A stretch of DNA of 32,000 bases, taken from assembly GCF_000017845.1 (NCBI RefSeq), contig NC_010546.1:3030001-3062000 (forward strand). The letters are read 5' to 3'. The DNA is from Crocosphaera subtropica ATCC 51142. Its GTDB lineage: Bacteria; Cyanobacteriota; Cyanobacteriia; Cyanobacteriales; Microcystaceae. Positions 9,883 to 19,661 of this stretch are shown one piece after another (position 1 is the stretch's first letter; every line of letters starts with the position of its first letter). Both the position numbers and the translations under genes were made by a program. Below the pieces are notes generated by a model. That model did not search any database and was not told where the DNA came from. It was given only the letters and a program-made list of their open reading frames with translations.

Positions 9883-10505
9883 TTTTTCCGTAATTTTAAT
9901 TGTTTTTCTTGGCGTTCACTGTAGCGATCGGTTAAATAGTCCACTTTATCTCGTAATACCAAAGTAAACCGATAAAGTTCTTCCATCACATCAATCACTC
10001 GGTCGCGATAGGCAGAATCTTTCATGCTTCCATCGTCATGAAATTCCTGATAAGCTTTAGGAACGGAGGATTGATTAGGAATCGTAAACATTCTCATCCA
10101 TCGTCCTAAAATTCTTAAAGTATTGACTGCATTAAAAGACTGAGAACCTCCACTGACTTGCATCACAGCTAAAGTTTTTCCTTGTGTGGGACGAATAGAG
10201 CCGATATTCAAGGGTATCCAGTCGATTTGATTCTTGAGAATCCCTGTCACATTGCCGTGCATTTCTGGAGATGACCAGACTTGTCCTTCTGACCATTGAC
10301 TGAGTTCTCTAAGTTCTTGAACCTTTGGATGAGAGTCTTCTACTTGTCCCCGTAAAGGTAAGTCATGGGGATGAAAAAATTTAACCTCTGCCCCCATTTC
10401 TTCAATAATTCGGGCTGCTTCTTCAGCTAATAAACGACTATAAGAACGCTCTCTTAATGACCCATACAGAAATAAAATACGGGGAGGATGATCAAAGTTA
10501 GTCAT
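9879..10505 (-). CDS. arsH: ArsH, NADPH-dependent FMN reductase
   Basis: 208 aa. [26 protein letters not shown] is the conserved ArsH N-terminal flavodoxin-like motif. It sits between acr3 and arsC. Confidence 0.88.
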   Translation of the reverse strand: MTNFDHPPRILFLYGSLRERSYSRLLAEEAARIIEEMGAEVKFFHPHDLPLRGQVEDSHPKVQELRELSQWSEGQVWSSPEMHGNVTGILKNQIDWIPLNIGSIRPTQGKTLAVMQVSGGSQSFNAVNTLRILGRWMRMFTIPNQSSVPKAYQEFHDDGSMKDSAYRDRVIDVMEELYRFTLVLRDKVDYLTDRYSERQEKQLKLRKK

Positions 10506-10523
10506 GGAATTGTTTATCTATTT

Positions 10524-11669
10524 CTAGGGCAAAGAATCAATACAACGAGGGTCTAGTAATGTGGCTTTTTCAGGCTCTCTGGGAAACCAAGCAGCCGTTT
10601 TTTTACAGAGTTCAACTAACATTAACATCACAGGAACTTCGATGAGAACCCCTACCACTGTCGCTAAAGCTGCCCCAGAATTCAACCCAAATAACATGAC
10701 GGCCGTAGCAATAGCAACCTCAAAATGGTTACTGGCACCAATTAAGGCCGCAGGGGCAGCATCTTCGTAGGTTAAGTTTAGTTTTAAGCCAGCAACATAG
10801 GCAATTAAAAAGATAAAGTTAGTTTGAATAAATAGAGGAACGGCAATTAAGAGAATATGGAGGGGATTATTAACAATTAATTCTCCTTTGAAGGCAAATA
10901 GTAAAACTAATGTTAATAACAATGCTCCAATGGCAATGGGACTGAGATAATGTAAAAATTGACCCTCAAACCAGTCTCTTCCTTTATGTTTAAAAATCCA
11001 ATAACGGCTATAAATTCCAGCAGCTAAAGGTAAACCAACATAAATTAACACTGAAAAGACGATGGTTTGCCAAGGAACCACTAAATTATTAGCAGACAAG
11101 AGCCATTTTCCTAGGGGTGCATAAAGAAATAACATCGCTAAAGAGTTTACCGCTACCATCACCAAAGTATGACCTTGATTACTATAGGAAAGATAGCCCC
11201 ACATCAGTACCATAGCGGTACAAGGAGCAATACCTAATAAAATACAACCAGCGATGTAGGAGTTGGCTAAGGTAATTTCTGAGCCTCGAATTATCTCCGT
11301 TGCGCTCAAAAGTGGGGCAAATAACCAGCCTAGGAAAAATTGAGCAAATACCACCATCGTAAAGGGTTTAACTAACCAATTAATCACCAAGGTCAAGATA
11401 ACAGGTTTTGGCGTTTTGGCTGCTTGAACCGCTTGAGAAAAATCAATTTTTACCATGATGGGATACATCATGAAAAACAAGCAGATAGCAATGGGAATAG
11501 AGACATTATATAGACTCATAGCGTCTAATGTCCCCGCAATATTAGGAAAGGTTCTTCCTAAAACAATACCAACAATAATACAAATAAATACCCACAGGGT
11601 GAGATATTTTTCAAAAACATTAAGACTGCCCCCTGCTTTAACAGCTTTGGGATTAATGCGAGTGGTCAT
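10524..11669 (-). CDS. acr3: ACR3-family arsenite efflux permease
   Basis: About 10 TM segments with the conserved ACR3 motif [11 protein letters not shown]. The track ORF starts at a TTG (11681); the first ATG (MTTRINPK) is at 11669-11667. Confidence 0.88.
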   Translation of the reverse strand: MTTRINPKAVKAGGSLNVFEKYLTLWVFICIIVGIVLGRTFPNIAGTLDAMSLYNVSIPIAICLFFMMYPIMVKIDFSQAVQAAKTPKPVILTLVINWLVKPFTMVVFAQFFLGWLFAPLLSATEIIRGSEITLANSYIAGCILLGIAPCTAMVLMWGYLSYSNQGHTLVMVAVNSLAMLFLYAPLGKWLLSANNLVVPWQTIVFSVLIYVGLPLAAGIYSRYWIFKHKGRDWFEGQFLHYLSPIAIGALLLTLVLLFAFKGELIVNNPLHILLIAVPLFIQTNFIFLIAYVAGLKLNLTYEDAAPAALIGASNHFEVAIATAVMLFGLNSGAALATVVGVLIEVPVMLMLVELCKKTAAWFPREPEKATLLDPRCIDSLP

Positions 11670-11685
11670 AGGACATATCAAAAAA

Positions 11686-11730
11686 ACTTGATATATAAAA
11701 ATTACATCAAATTAATTTGATATGTCAAGT
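11686..11730. promoter_or_regulatory. Nested palindromic operator candidate in the acr3 / SPOUT-methyltransferase divergent promoter (likely ArsR-type site)
   Basis: There is a perfect 16-bp palindrome ATCAAATTAATTTGAT (11706-11721). It is flanked by the imperfect inverted repeat ACTTGATAT (11686-11694) / ATGTCAAGT (11722-11730). The element starts 17 nt upstream of the acr3 ATG. Confidence 0.5.
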
Positions 11731-11787
11731 CTGAGTTAAAGCTTAAGATAAGAATAAGGCTGATGAGCAACTAAGCTAAGATTAACT

Positions 11788-12531
11788 ATGAATGAAAGTG
11801 CGCTGACTAGAGTTCGTATTGTTTTGGTAGAACCAGCAGGACCGTTAAATGTGGGATCTGTGGCCCGAGTGATGAAAAATATGGGCTTAAATCAGCTAAT
11901 ATTAGTTAAACCCCATTGCGATCGCCTGAGTGATGAAGCGAAACTAATGGCGGTTCATGGGATAGATGTTTTAGAGAAATCTCAAGTCGTTCATACAATT
12001 CCCGAAGCGTTACAGGGGTGTCATCGTATCATCGCTACCACAGGGCGATCGCTGTCTCTACCCACCCATCTCGAAACCCCACGAGAGGCTTTACCCTGGT
12101 TACTGACCGAAAACTTCAACACAGCCTTACTATTTGGGCCTGAAGATCGAGGCTTAAATAATGAAGAATTGAACTATGCTCAACGTTTTGTCTGTATTCC
12201 AGCCAATTCTGACTATTCCTCTTTAAATCTCGCCCAAGCTGTGGCTGTTTGTAGTTACGAACTCCATCAAGCAGCACAAAACCCCATTGAAAGTAAATTA
12301 GACCCTTCTTTTGAGCCTGCCTCCTTTGAAGCGTTAGAAGGATATTATCAACATTTAGAAGCCGTTTTACTAAAAATTGGCTATCTTTACCCCCATACAG
12401 CCAAAGCACGTTTAGAAAAATTTCGCCGACTTTACAATAAAGCTAACTTAACCAACGAAGAAGTTGCCCTATTGCGGGGTATTCTGCGACAAGTTGACTG
12501 GGTTTGTCAGTTTATACCCCCAAAAAAATAA
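11788..12531 (+). CDS. SPOUT (TrmH/TrmJ-like) RNA 2'-O-methyltransferase
   Basis: 247 aa with the motifs RIVLVEPAGPLNVGSVARVMKNMG, LLFGPEDRGL and IPANSDYSSLNLAQAVAVCSYEL, typical of TrmJ/SpoU-class enzymes. Confidence 0.8.
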   Translation: MNESALTRVRIVLVEPAGPLNVGSVARVMKNMGLNQLILVKPHCDRLSDEAKLMAVHGIDVLEKSQVVHTIPEALQGCHRIIATTGRSLSLPTHLETPREALPWLLTENFNTALLFGPEDRGLNNEELNYAQRFVCIPANSDYSSLNLAQAVAVCSYELHQAAQNPIESKLDPSFEPASFEALEGYYQHLEAVLLKIGYLYPHTAKARLEKFRRLYNKANLTNEEVALLRGILRQVDWVCQFIPPKK

Positions 12532-12565
12532 GCAATAATGATTGTTTATTAATCTTCCTCTTCCT

Positions 12566-14536
12566 TCAATTTTGGGGTAAAAGTAACTTGACAGAGGAGT
12601 TTGACCACTTTTCAACAAACAATTGTTCGTTTACTGTCATCTCTTCAATTGGCTCATCTTTACTTGACCTGATAGCAATCAAAGCACAATAATTAAACTG
12701 ATTATAAGGAGATTGATTAGTTAATTTTGCCGAGTAATTTTCAGGGCTAACAATATGAGAAAATTGATAATTTTTTTGAGGATTAAGCTCTGAAATTAAA
12801 ACCCATAATGGATATTCCCATATTTGCCCAGTGTACTGTGTATTCCATCCTAACGAGAGTCCAATATTTGTACATTCTTGTTGGTTTATTAGTTTTGCTA
12901 CCTCATTATAAGATGGTTGAATGTGTTTCCTTCTGAGAAAATAAATATCATTTCTAGGCATCGTTAAAACACTATTTTCTCCTACAAGGGGATGAGAATT
13001 ATTATTAAATAACCAGGGAAGACAACTAATAATTAGAATAAATGTTAATATTTTCAACGGAATCGGTTTAAGGATTTCAGAATAACATAAACCAACAAAA
13101 GGAGAAAAGAGAACAAAAAACGATAAATGATGACGAACAGAAAAAGGTTGAACTTTTAAAAGAAGACTAAATAGTAGAAAAGACCCAATTAAGCTCATTA
13201 AATACTTCAAAGAGAGCCAATTATTTCTTAAGTTTTTATTAAAAATAAAAATAAAAATAGCTAATAAGATCAACGCAAGATGAAGCGGATTCACAGCGAC
13301 ATCCTCATTAAAAGAAACCCCAGGCACTCTAAAAGTCCATCCTGGCGTAGTTATTCTAGGATCACTAGGATCAACATTAAGGATATGTTCATGAATTAAA
13401 TAAACCAGCTTTTCAACCTTACCGGTTATAGGGGTAATAAACTTTTCTAAATGTAAATAGCGAATAATATCACCATGAAAACTTAAATGTCTAATAGCAG
13501 TTGAAACTAATGTTGGTAAACTATAAATATCATTTTGATTTTCTTCTCGATACTCGGCCGCAGAAATAGGAGAACCAAATACTTCTAAATTTCTTGAATA
13601 ATGAGCTATATTAAATAGTAAACCAATCAATAAAACCACAAATAAATATTTCCAAGCTTTCCATTTTTTTTGCTTCCATAACCAAAGCGTTAACCAAACC
13701 AAAAAAGGAAAACTCAAAAAGTAAGCCGAACTTTTAGTAAATAAAGCCAGTCCAAAACTAGAACCAATAGCTAAAATAATCGGCCAAGAAATGGCATAAT
13801 CAGAAACTAAAACTAATGTATAATAAGCTAAACAAACAATAAATAAAGCAACAACATAATCATTTTGAGTGCTAGAACCTTGCAAAATTCCCATCGGTAA
13901 AGTAGCACAAAATGCCGAGGCTAATAATTGTCCCTCTTTACTCGCTCCCAATTGTTTAGCAATCAAAGAAACAGCAATAATACTACTGACCATAGCAAAC
14001 CACTGTACCAAATTAGCAAAGCGATCGCCTCCACTGAGAATTTGTAGGTGCATAATGCCAATTTCTGCTAAAGGAGGATGAACTAATTGAGCAGAATAAT
14101 AGGTGGGATAATGGGCTAAATTTTGATTTTGTATCCAGTGCATCACCCGCGTCATATGGTAAGTCATAGAATCCCAATTATTGGGTGGAGCAATGACAGC
14201 GACGAAACCCACTAACATAGTAATCACACCAATTCCTATCAAAATCAGTCCAGAGAGTCGGGTTATCTTTGGAAAATGAAATGAGGGAAAAACTCGCTGT
14301 TTTTTCGAGATACTTCGGTAGTAAAATCCTGCTAAGACTAGATTAGTGATTATCCAAAAGGTGATAATCATTGGATAAGTAATTAGGTTAAATAAGCTTA
14401 AGAATTCGCTAGAAAGAGCTACTAAACTGCCTAAAATAATAACCGCAGATAAATAAGAAAACCGCCAATCTCGTTCAGGTTGATGAAAGATTAAAAAAAC
14501 GAGTAATAATGTTATTATGGGCAAAATAGCTAACAT
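12566..14536 (-). CDS. Large polytopic membrane protein, GT-C fold glycosyltransferase-like (ArnT/PMT_2, GT39/83-like)
   Basis: 656 aa with more than 12 hydrophobic segments in the N-terminal ~520 aa and a soluble C-terminal ~130 aa. The 'HPPL' loop motif after TM segments resembles that of ArnT/PMT-type enzymes. The gene appears more AT-rich than its neighbours by eye. Confidence 0.5.
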   Translation of the reverse strand: MLAILPIITLLLVFLIFHQPERDWRFSYLSAVIILGSLVALSSEFLSLFNLITYPMIITFWIITNLVLAGFYYRSISKKQRVFPSFHFPKITRLSGLILIGIGVITMLVGFVAVIAPPNNWDSMTYHMTRVMHWIQNQNLAHYPTYYSAQLVHPPLAEIGIMHLQILSGGDRFANLVQWFAMVSSIIAVSLIAKQLGASKEGQLLASAFCATLPMGILQGSSTQNDYVVALFIVCLAYYTLVLVSDYAISWPIILAIGSSFGLALFTKSSAYFLSFPFLVWLTLWLWKQKKWKAWKYLFVVLLIGLLFNIAHYSRNLEVFGSPISAAEYREENQNDIYSLPTLVSTAIRHLSFHGDIIRYLHLEKFITPITGKVEKLVYLIHEHILNVDPSDPRITTPGWTFRVPGVSFNEDVAVNPLHLALILLAIFIFIFNKNLRNNWLSLKYLMSLIGSFLLFSLLLKVQPFSVRHHLSFFVLFSPFVGLCYSEILKPIPLKILTFILIISCLPWLFNNNSHPLVGENSVLTMPRNDIYFLRRKHIQPSYNEVAKLINQQECTNIGLSLGWNTQYTGQIWEYPLWVLISELNPQKNYQFSHIVSPENYSAKLTNQSPYNQFNYCALIAIRSSKDEPIEEMTVNEQLFVEKWSNSSVKLLLPQN

Positions 14537-14843
14537 TTTTATTGCTCCTTCTTAAAGCGAGGGATAATTCAATACTGCGTACCTTAAGAGATTTTCTGTT
14601 TTCTCCCCCGCTTAAATCAACCAGTAAGATTTATTTGTGTCTAGGTACTTATTAACGGGAGAAGGTTTAGCTGGTAGAACGATTCTCCATATTCTACAAG
14701 ATTTCTCGCCAATTGCTATCTTAATCAAAGTTCTTTGAGCTAATTCTATCAGAACTGAGTTCGACGGAAGGGAATCTAGGGAAAACTGACAACCAACAAG
14801 AAGTCTCAAACCCTGATTCCCTCGTTCAAAAAATAAATTTTTT

Positions 14844-15404
14844 ATGAATACAGAAAGATCCCATTTATATTTAATCTGTCCTGGTTTTCATGATCAAGCT
14901 TTGACCCATTCTTTTATCACAAATCTTAGTCATCATTCAATTCATCTAGATAATTTATTGATCTTTCCAACGGATCAATATCCTCCTTATTCTGGTGTTC
15001 ATGTGTCACACTATTTACAAAAAAAATGCCAGAATCAATTACAGGAACTAACCCTCATCGCCTTTAGTGCAGGGGTGGTTGCTGCGGTTACAGCAGCTTG
15101 GCAATGGCAGTTACAAGGTCGTAACATTAAGGGGTTAATTGCCTTTGATGGATGGGGTGTTCCTCTATGGGGTAATTTCCCTATTTATCGCATTAGTCAT
15201 GACCAATTTACTCACGACAGTTCTATGATATTGGGAACTGGATCGATGAATTTCTATGCCGATCCTGCTGTTGAACATTTGGACTTATGGCGATCGCCTC
15301 ATCTCGTTCGAGGTTGGATGACGCAAACCACATCTTTCAACGGAATTGTGTTATCTCAGATGTCTTTAATTGATTTTTTGATGACGATAATAAGTACAAT
15401 CTAA
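14844..15404 (+). CDS. Conserved hypothetical protein, possible alpha/beta-hydrolase-like fold
   Basis: 186 aa. 'LIAFSAGVV' resembles a G/AxSxG nucleophile elbow, with later His/Asp candidates. No firm family assignment. Confidence 0.4.
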   Translation: MNTERSHLYLICPGFHDQALTHSFITNLSHHSIHLDNLLIFPTDQYPPYSGVHVSHYLQKKCQNQLQELTLIAFSAGVVAAVTAAWQWQLQGRNIKGLIAFDGWGVPLWGNFPIYRISHDQFTHDSSMILGTGSMNFYADPAVEHLDLWRSPHLVRGWMTQTTSFNGIVLSQMSLIDFLMTIISTI

Positions 15405-15410
15405 TCTTTA

Positions 15411-16277
15411 TTATTCATCTCGATTTAATGCTGTCATCATCGCTTGTTGTGACACCATTTGATAAACTTGTTGTAGATAATCTTTAACAATTTTTGCCTC
15501 TTCATAAGCTAATGGTATTCTTCCTAAAACATCCAACACCGTTTTGTTATCCGTAGGAGGAACAATAACGACTAAAGATGGATCTAAAGACTCCTTATAT
15601 TGCCAAAAGTTTTTAACATCCAATTCTTGATTACCTGGGTCTTTTTTTGTTTCTATTTTTTCAGTTTGATTAACGGTTTCTGCTAGATTTTCTGAGGAAC
15701 TGTCTTTAGGATCTCGTTCTTGCTTGCGGAACTGTCTTAACCCCTTCAAAATTTGACTTTTTGTTCTTCCTCGTAGTTGAAAAATGATAAAAGGATCTTC
15801 ACTGAATCTTTCGGCTAATTGATAATAAATTGCCCCAATATGTTTACAAGGGTTAGCTTTATCAGGACAACTACAACGGGAGTGAACATCAGATAAAGTA
15901 AACGGAAAAACACTTAACCCATTTTCTATGAAAACTCTCTCAATATTATCTGGCATTCTTCCTGCTAATAATTGAGCCGAGAAAATTGCTTTTTTTGATA
16001 AACTTTCAATGATAAAATTCCAATCTTCATCTGTAAAAGGATCAAGGGAAAGAGAAACCTGATAAGGTTCGGGTTCTGTTCCTTGGACTTTAGCTAACAC
16101 TTGAGAACCAGAAAACTCAATGCTTAAAACATGACCTTCTCTAGCATAATTTCTTGCTCTTTCTAATCGTTTTTTAAAGCGATAAGAATCTAACAATTCT
16201 AACCAACGAATCACCCACCATTCCTGTTGTGGTAAATTACTACTATCTTGAACTCTATTACTTTGTGTCATGCTCAT
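15411..16277 (-). CDS. SWIM zinc-finger domain protein
   Basis: 288 aa. CSCPDKANPCKHIGAIYY matches the SWIM CxCx(n)CxH signature. The gene starts 10 nt after the stop of the VanY-like gene. Confidence 0.75.
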   Translation of the reverse strand: MSMTQSNRVQDSSNLPQQEWWVIRWLELLDSYRFKKRLERARNYAREGHVLSIEFSGSQVLAKVQGTEPEPYQVSLSLDPFTDEDWNFIIESLSKKAIFSAQLLAGRMPDNIERVFIENGLSVFPFTLSDVHSRCSCPDKANPCKHIGAIYYQLAERFSEDPFIIFQLRGRTKSQILKGLRQFRKQERDPKDSSSENLAETVNQTEKIETKKDPGNQELDVKNFWQYKESLDPSLVVIVPPTDNKTVLDVLGRIPLAYEEAKIVKDYLQQVYQMVSQQAMMTALNRDE

Positions 16278-16287
16278 GAAACTTCCC

Positions 16288-17076
16288 TTAATTGACTATA
16301 TTTTCCTCAGAAGAAGACTTATTTTGTAATTGTTGCGCTTCATAAAACGTTTTTAAACTATCAGCATCTCCCACATATCGCCAGTGCCACGGTTCGTAAC
16401 TAATTCCTTGAGGGTTATTACGAGGAAAAGACAATTCAAAACTATATTTGGCTGCATTATTTTCTAACCAACGAAAAGCCGGAGTTTGTTCAAAATTTTC
16501 TGTTAAATTAGTCGCAGGAACTTGACCATCACCGATATCAATAGCGTATCCTGTATGATGTTCGCTATACTTCGGAGGTGCGCTGACTTCGGCTCTTTTT
16601 CGAGTATCTTGGTTCCTTTGACGTTTGATTTCAAAAAAAAGATATTCTTGTTGTTCAACGGTTCTAAAACCAGAAATCGGGGTTAAAATAATACCATTTG
16701 CCCGTGCATCTCGCTGCATTTTTAAGAAGCTATCGGCTGCTTTTTTCCTCAGTTTAATTCTTCCATCATTAGTGACGGCTTTTAATTGATCGGGATCAGC
16801 TTCTTCGTAAGGTAAATGACCTAAAATATTTTCCACCATTTCAGGAGTTGGACTCGGTGACGGGGTAGGTTCAACCGCTACCGTATTGGGATTGGTCTGT
16901 GATGGGGAAGAAACTAGACGCATAATCCCTAGCGTCCCTAGAATAATAATTATTAACCCACTTACCCCCACCATCAACAATTTAGGGTTAAGAGATGATG
17001 AGGTGGGAGACACAGGACTATCTCGCAATGCTTCAGGAATATCTTCGATTGATCCTTGTTGTTGTTTATCGTTCAT
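16288..17076 (-). CDS. D-alanyl-D-alanine carboxypeptidase, VanY / peptidase M15B family, membrane-anchored
   Basis: 262 aa with an N-terminal TM (LLMVGVSGLIIIILGTLGIM), a Pro/Ser/Thr linker, and the Zn-ligand motifs SEHHTGYAIDI and EPWHWRY. Confidence 0.8.
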   Translation of the reverse strand: MNDKQQQGSIEDIPEALRDSPVSPTSSSLNPKLLMVGVSGLIIIILGTLGIMRLVSSPSQTNPNTVAVEPTPSPSPTPEMVENILGHLPYEEADPDQLKAVTNDGRIKLRKKAADSFLKMQRDARANGIILTPISGFRTVEQQEYLFFEIKRQRNQDTRKRAEVSAPPKYSEHHTGYAIDIGDGQVPATNLTENFEQTPAFRWLENNAAKYSFELSFPRNNPQGISYEPWHWRYVGDADSLKTFYEAQQLQNKSSSEENIVN

Positions 17077-17158
17077 TGATAGCTCATAAATACATCAACC
17101 ATAAACAAGTTGAGGTTCTTTAATATTGTAAGATAAGTTGTTCAATTCTAAAGGCTAA

Positions 17159-18379
17159 TTAATTGTTGATAGGTTCTAGACGAATTAATTTACCATTCCT
17201 ATCATCCGTCAAAACATAAATAAATCCATCGGGCCCTTGGCTAACATCCCTAACCCGTTGCTCAAATTTTATTGGATATTTTCCTACAATTTCACCCGCT
17301 TCATTTAAGTCAATACGAATCACTTCCCTGGCCACTAAACCCCCGGCTAATAAGTCTCCTTTCCAGTCAGTAAACTGATCCCCATCGTACAAAGTCAGTC
17401 CCGATGGTGCGATCGCAGGAGTCCAAACTTCCAAGGGATCAACCATACCCGGAAGCGATCGCTGATCTGATATCTCACCTCCTGTATATTCTCGACTATG
17501 AGTCACCACCGGCCATCCGTAGTTTCCTCCTGCTTTAATGTTATTCAGTTCGTCCCCCCCCTTGGAACCGTGTTCCGTTGACCAAATTTCACCGTTTTGC
17601 TTATTCACTGTTAACCCTTGAATATTACGGTGTCCGTAACTCCAAATAGCAGGGTTTGCATTCTCTTGATCCACAAAGGGATTATTCTCAGGGATACTAC
17701 CATCATCGTTTAAGCGTATAATTTTTCCGAGATAGCTGTCCAACTGTTGCGCTTGTTTGCGACTCAACTCCCCATCGATGGTTAAGGGTGGGTTGCCTCC
17801 ATCTCCAATGGACGCTAAGAACGTTCCGTCTTCCAACCACACCAAACGAGATCCGAAATGTTGTCCTCCTGTCTTGCTTGGAGACACTTCAAAAATGACT
17901 TCTAAATCCCGTAATCGATTCTCCTCCAAAATAGCACGGGCAATTCTGGTCTGGTTATCGTTTCGGGTTCCTGAAGCGTAGGTCAAATAGATGTAATTAT
18001 TTTCCTCAAAATTGGGGTGTACAGATACCTCTAATAACCCTCCTTGCCCCACTGCCAAGACCTCTGGAACCCCTTGAATGGGTTGGGGTTCTAATTCGCC
18101 ATTTTTGACAATACGCAGTCTGCCAGGGCGTTCTGTAATAAGCATATCTCCATTGGGAAGCCAGTCCATACTCCAAGGATGTTCTAACCCTTCTATAACT
18201 ATCACTTGTTTAACCTGTTGTTGGGTTTCTGATGCTTGACTGGTTTGATTAGCGGTTGGTTGAATTGTAGAATTATTAGAAGATTCCGAAGAAGAAAAAC
18301 AACCTCCTACACCCAAGAAAATGATGAGGTTAAATATCGTTAGATAAAATCGTTTACCGTTAATTAATCTATTCTTCAT
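17159..18379 (-). CDS. PQQ-dependent sugar (glucose/sorbosone) dehydrogenase, beta-propeller lipoprotein
   Basis: 406 aa with a lipobox-like signal (IFLGVGGC). Motifs GQGGLL, HFGSRL, GDGG, GHRNIQGL and HGSKGGDELN are typical of the soluble GSDH family. Confidence 0.8.
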   Translation of the reverse strand: MKNRLINGKRFYLTIFNLIIFLGVGGCFSSSESSNNSTIQPTANQTSQASETQQQVKQVIVIEGLEHPWSMDWLPNGDMLITERPGRLRIVKNGELEPQPIQGVPEVLAVGQGGLLEVSVHPNFEENNYIYLTYASGTRNDNQTRIARAILEENRLRDLEVIFEVSPSKTGGQHFGSRLVWLEDGTFLASIGDGGNPPLTIDGELSRKQAQQLDSYLGKIIRLNDDGSIPENNPFVDQENANPAIWSYGHRNIQGLTVNKQNGEIWSTEHGSKGGDELNNIKAGGNYGWPVVTHSREYTGGEISDQRSLPGMVDPLEVWTPAIAPSGLTLYDGDQFTDWKGDLLAGGLVAREVIRIDLNEAGEIVGKYPIKFEQRVRDVSQGPDGFIYVLTDDRNGKLIRLEPINN

Positions 18380-18454
18380 ATCAATAATTATCTATGGAAA
18401 CAAAAACCATAGAGGTTAAGGTTTCTTGATATTTATAATGTATCAAATCTTAAC

Positions 18455-18503
18455 TTCCTAACTCCGAACCCCGAACCCTGAACCCCGAACCCCGAACTCC
18501 GGT
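18455..18503. repeat. Heptamer tandem array (CYCCGAA)n, about 7 units (STRR-like)
   Basis: The array reads ttcctaa ctccgaa ccccgaa ccctgaa ccccgaa ccccgaa ctccggt. It is intergenic, upstream of the PEP-CTERM gene. Its reverse complement (GRGTTCG) matches the arrays at 21528 and 28491. Confidence 0.9.
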
Positions 18504-18659
18504 TAGCTAATTTAATCGAAGGTACAAGATATGAGTTGATACGATAACACGAAGTTATACATTAACGTTTACATGAACAATAACATGGGTATGTCAGAAT
18601 AAATTTGAGGAAAACACAATCTTCAATTTGATTCTTGTATATTTGAGGAGATAAAACTC

Positions 18660-19517
18660 ATGTTAGGTTTAAAACCTGCTGCTTTAGGTGCAGCGTTTCT
18701 CGGTACGGCAGCGACCATGACTTTAATGGCTGAGTCTGCTCAAGCTGCTTTTATGGGTTTTCAGTCTAATCCAACAGGTCACACTCTTTCTCCAAATGCT
18801 ACGAGTCCTGCTGATGCAACTAAAAAGGATATTCGCCTTGACTCAATAACTAAAGATGGAAAAACTTTCACCGATTTCCTTTACGTTACTGGTGCTACGA
18901 TTATTCAAAATACTACATCCCTTGGACCAGGAAGTTCCGATCATGGAGATTTAACAGTTGGTGATGACTTTTTAACTCAAGGTCCTGCTAAAGAACAACC
19001 TACTGCTGCTGATGTTGTTGCTAGTTTAGGTAACAATAATTTGAACAGTATTATTGATACAGAAGATAGCGGAGGTACATCAATCTTCGATGTTTATTTT
19101 TCTAACCCAACTAATACCTTTGTTTTCTGGGAAAGAGGAAAAAATAGCGATCTTAAAGTCACTGCTATTCTTGCCGGGTCAGCTGGTGATCTTACCCCCA
19201 CTTTAGGTGATACTTTCACTATTACAGATGATCTTTGGACTAATACTGGTATCATGACAACTTTGTCAATTGATACCACAGAAATTACTGGCAGCAATGC
19301 ACCTCAAGAATTAGGAACTTATGGCTTGATGTACGATCAAGCTATTATCGGTCTTCGTTTACAAGGAGCCCCAGGCCTTAGCGGTCCTGATTACAAAGTT
19401 GTTGGTGTGGTTCCTGAACCTCTCACCATTTTAGGTGCGGGTACTGCCGTTGCTTTCGGTGGTGCGTTCAAGCGTAAACTTGGCAAAAAAGACAAAAAAG
19501 GATCTACCAAAGCATAG
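18660..19517 (+). CDS. Secreted PEP-CTERM sorting-domain protein
   Basis: 285 aa with an N-terminal signal peptide (AAFLGTAATMTLMAESAQA). The C-terminus VPEPLTILGAGTAVAFGGAFKRKLGKKDKK is a PEP motif, a TM helix and a basic tail. Confidence 0.85.
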   Translation: MLGLKPAALGAAFLGTAATMTLMAESAQAAFMGFQSNPTGHTLSPNATSPADATKKDIRLDSITKDGKTFTDFLYVTGATIIQNTTSLGPGSSDHGDLTVGDDFLTQGPAKEQPTAADVVASLGNNNLNSIIDTEDSGGTSIFDVYFSNPTNTFVFWERGKNSDLKVTAILAGSAGDLTPTLGDTFTITDDLWTNTGIMTTLSIDTTEITGSNAPQELGTYGLMYDQAIIGLRLQGAPGLSGPDYKVVGVVPEPLTILGAGTAVAFGGAFKRKLGKKDKKGSTKA

Positions 19518-19661
19518 AATAGAAAAACGAGATAAAGTAAACAACCATTGTTTTTCCTAACCCCTATATCTTTCGTCTATGCTTTAGCAATCCTAAAGTT
19601 ACTTAATGCGAAGTGTTTTGTTTCATTGTATTACTTCGTTGTTTAACACAAACACCCCATT

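Noticed and set aside
14612-14809. 65-aa ORF in the 307-bp spacer between the GT-C gene and the 14844 gene. A 'ttagctggtagaacg' / 'gagttcgacgg' pair also vaguely recalls tRNA D- and T-arm sequences.
   Set aside because: The ORF has no motif, and its hydrophobic/basic composition looks random. I could not fold the region into a cloverleaf: there is no acceptor-stem complementarity and no GTTCRANYC T-loop in the right register. I treat it as a promoter/leader region.
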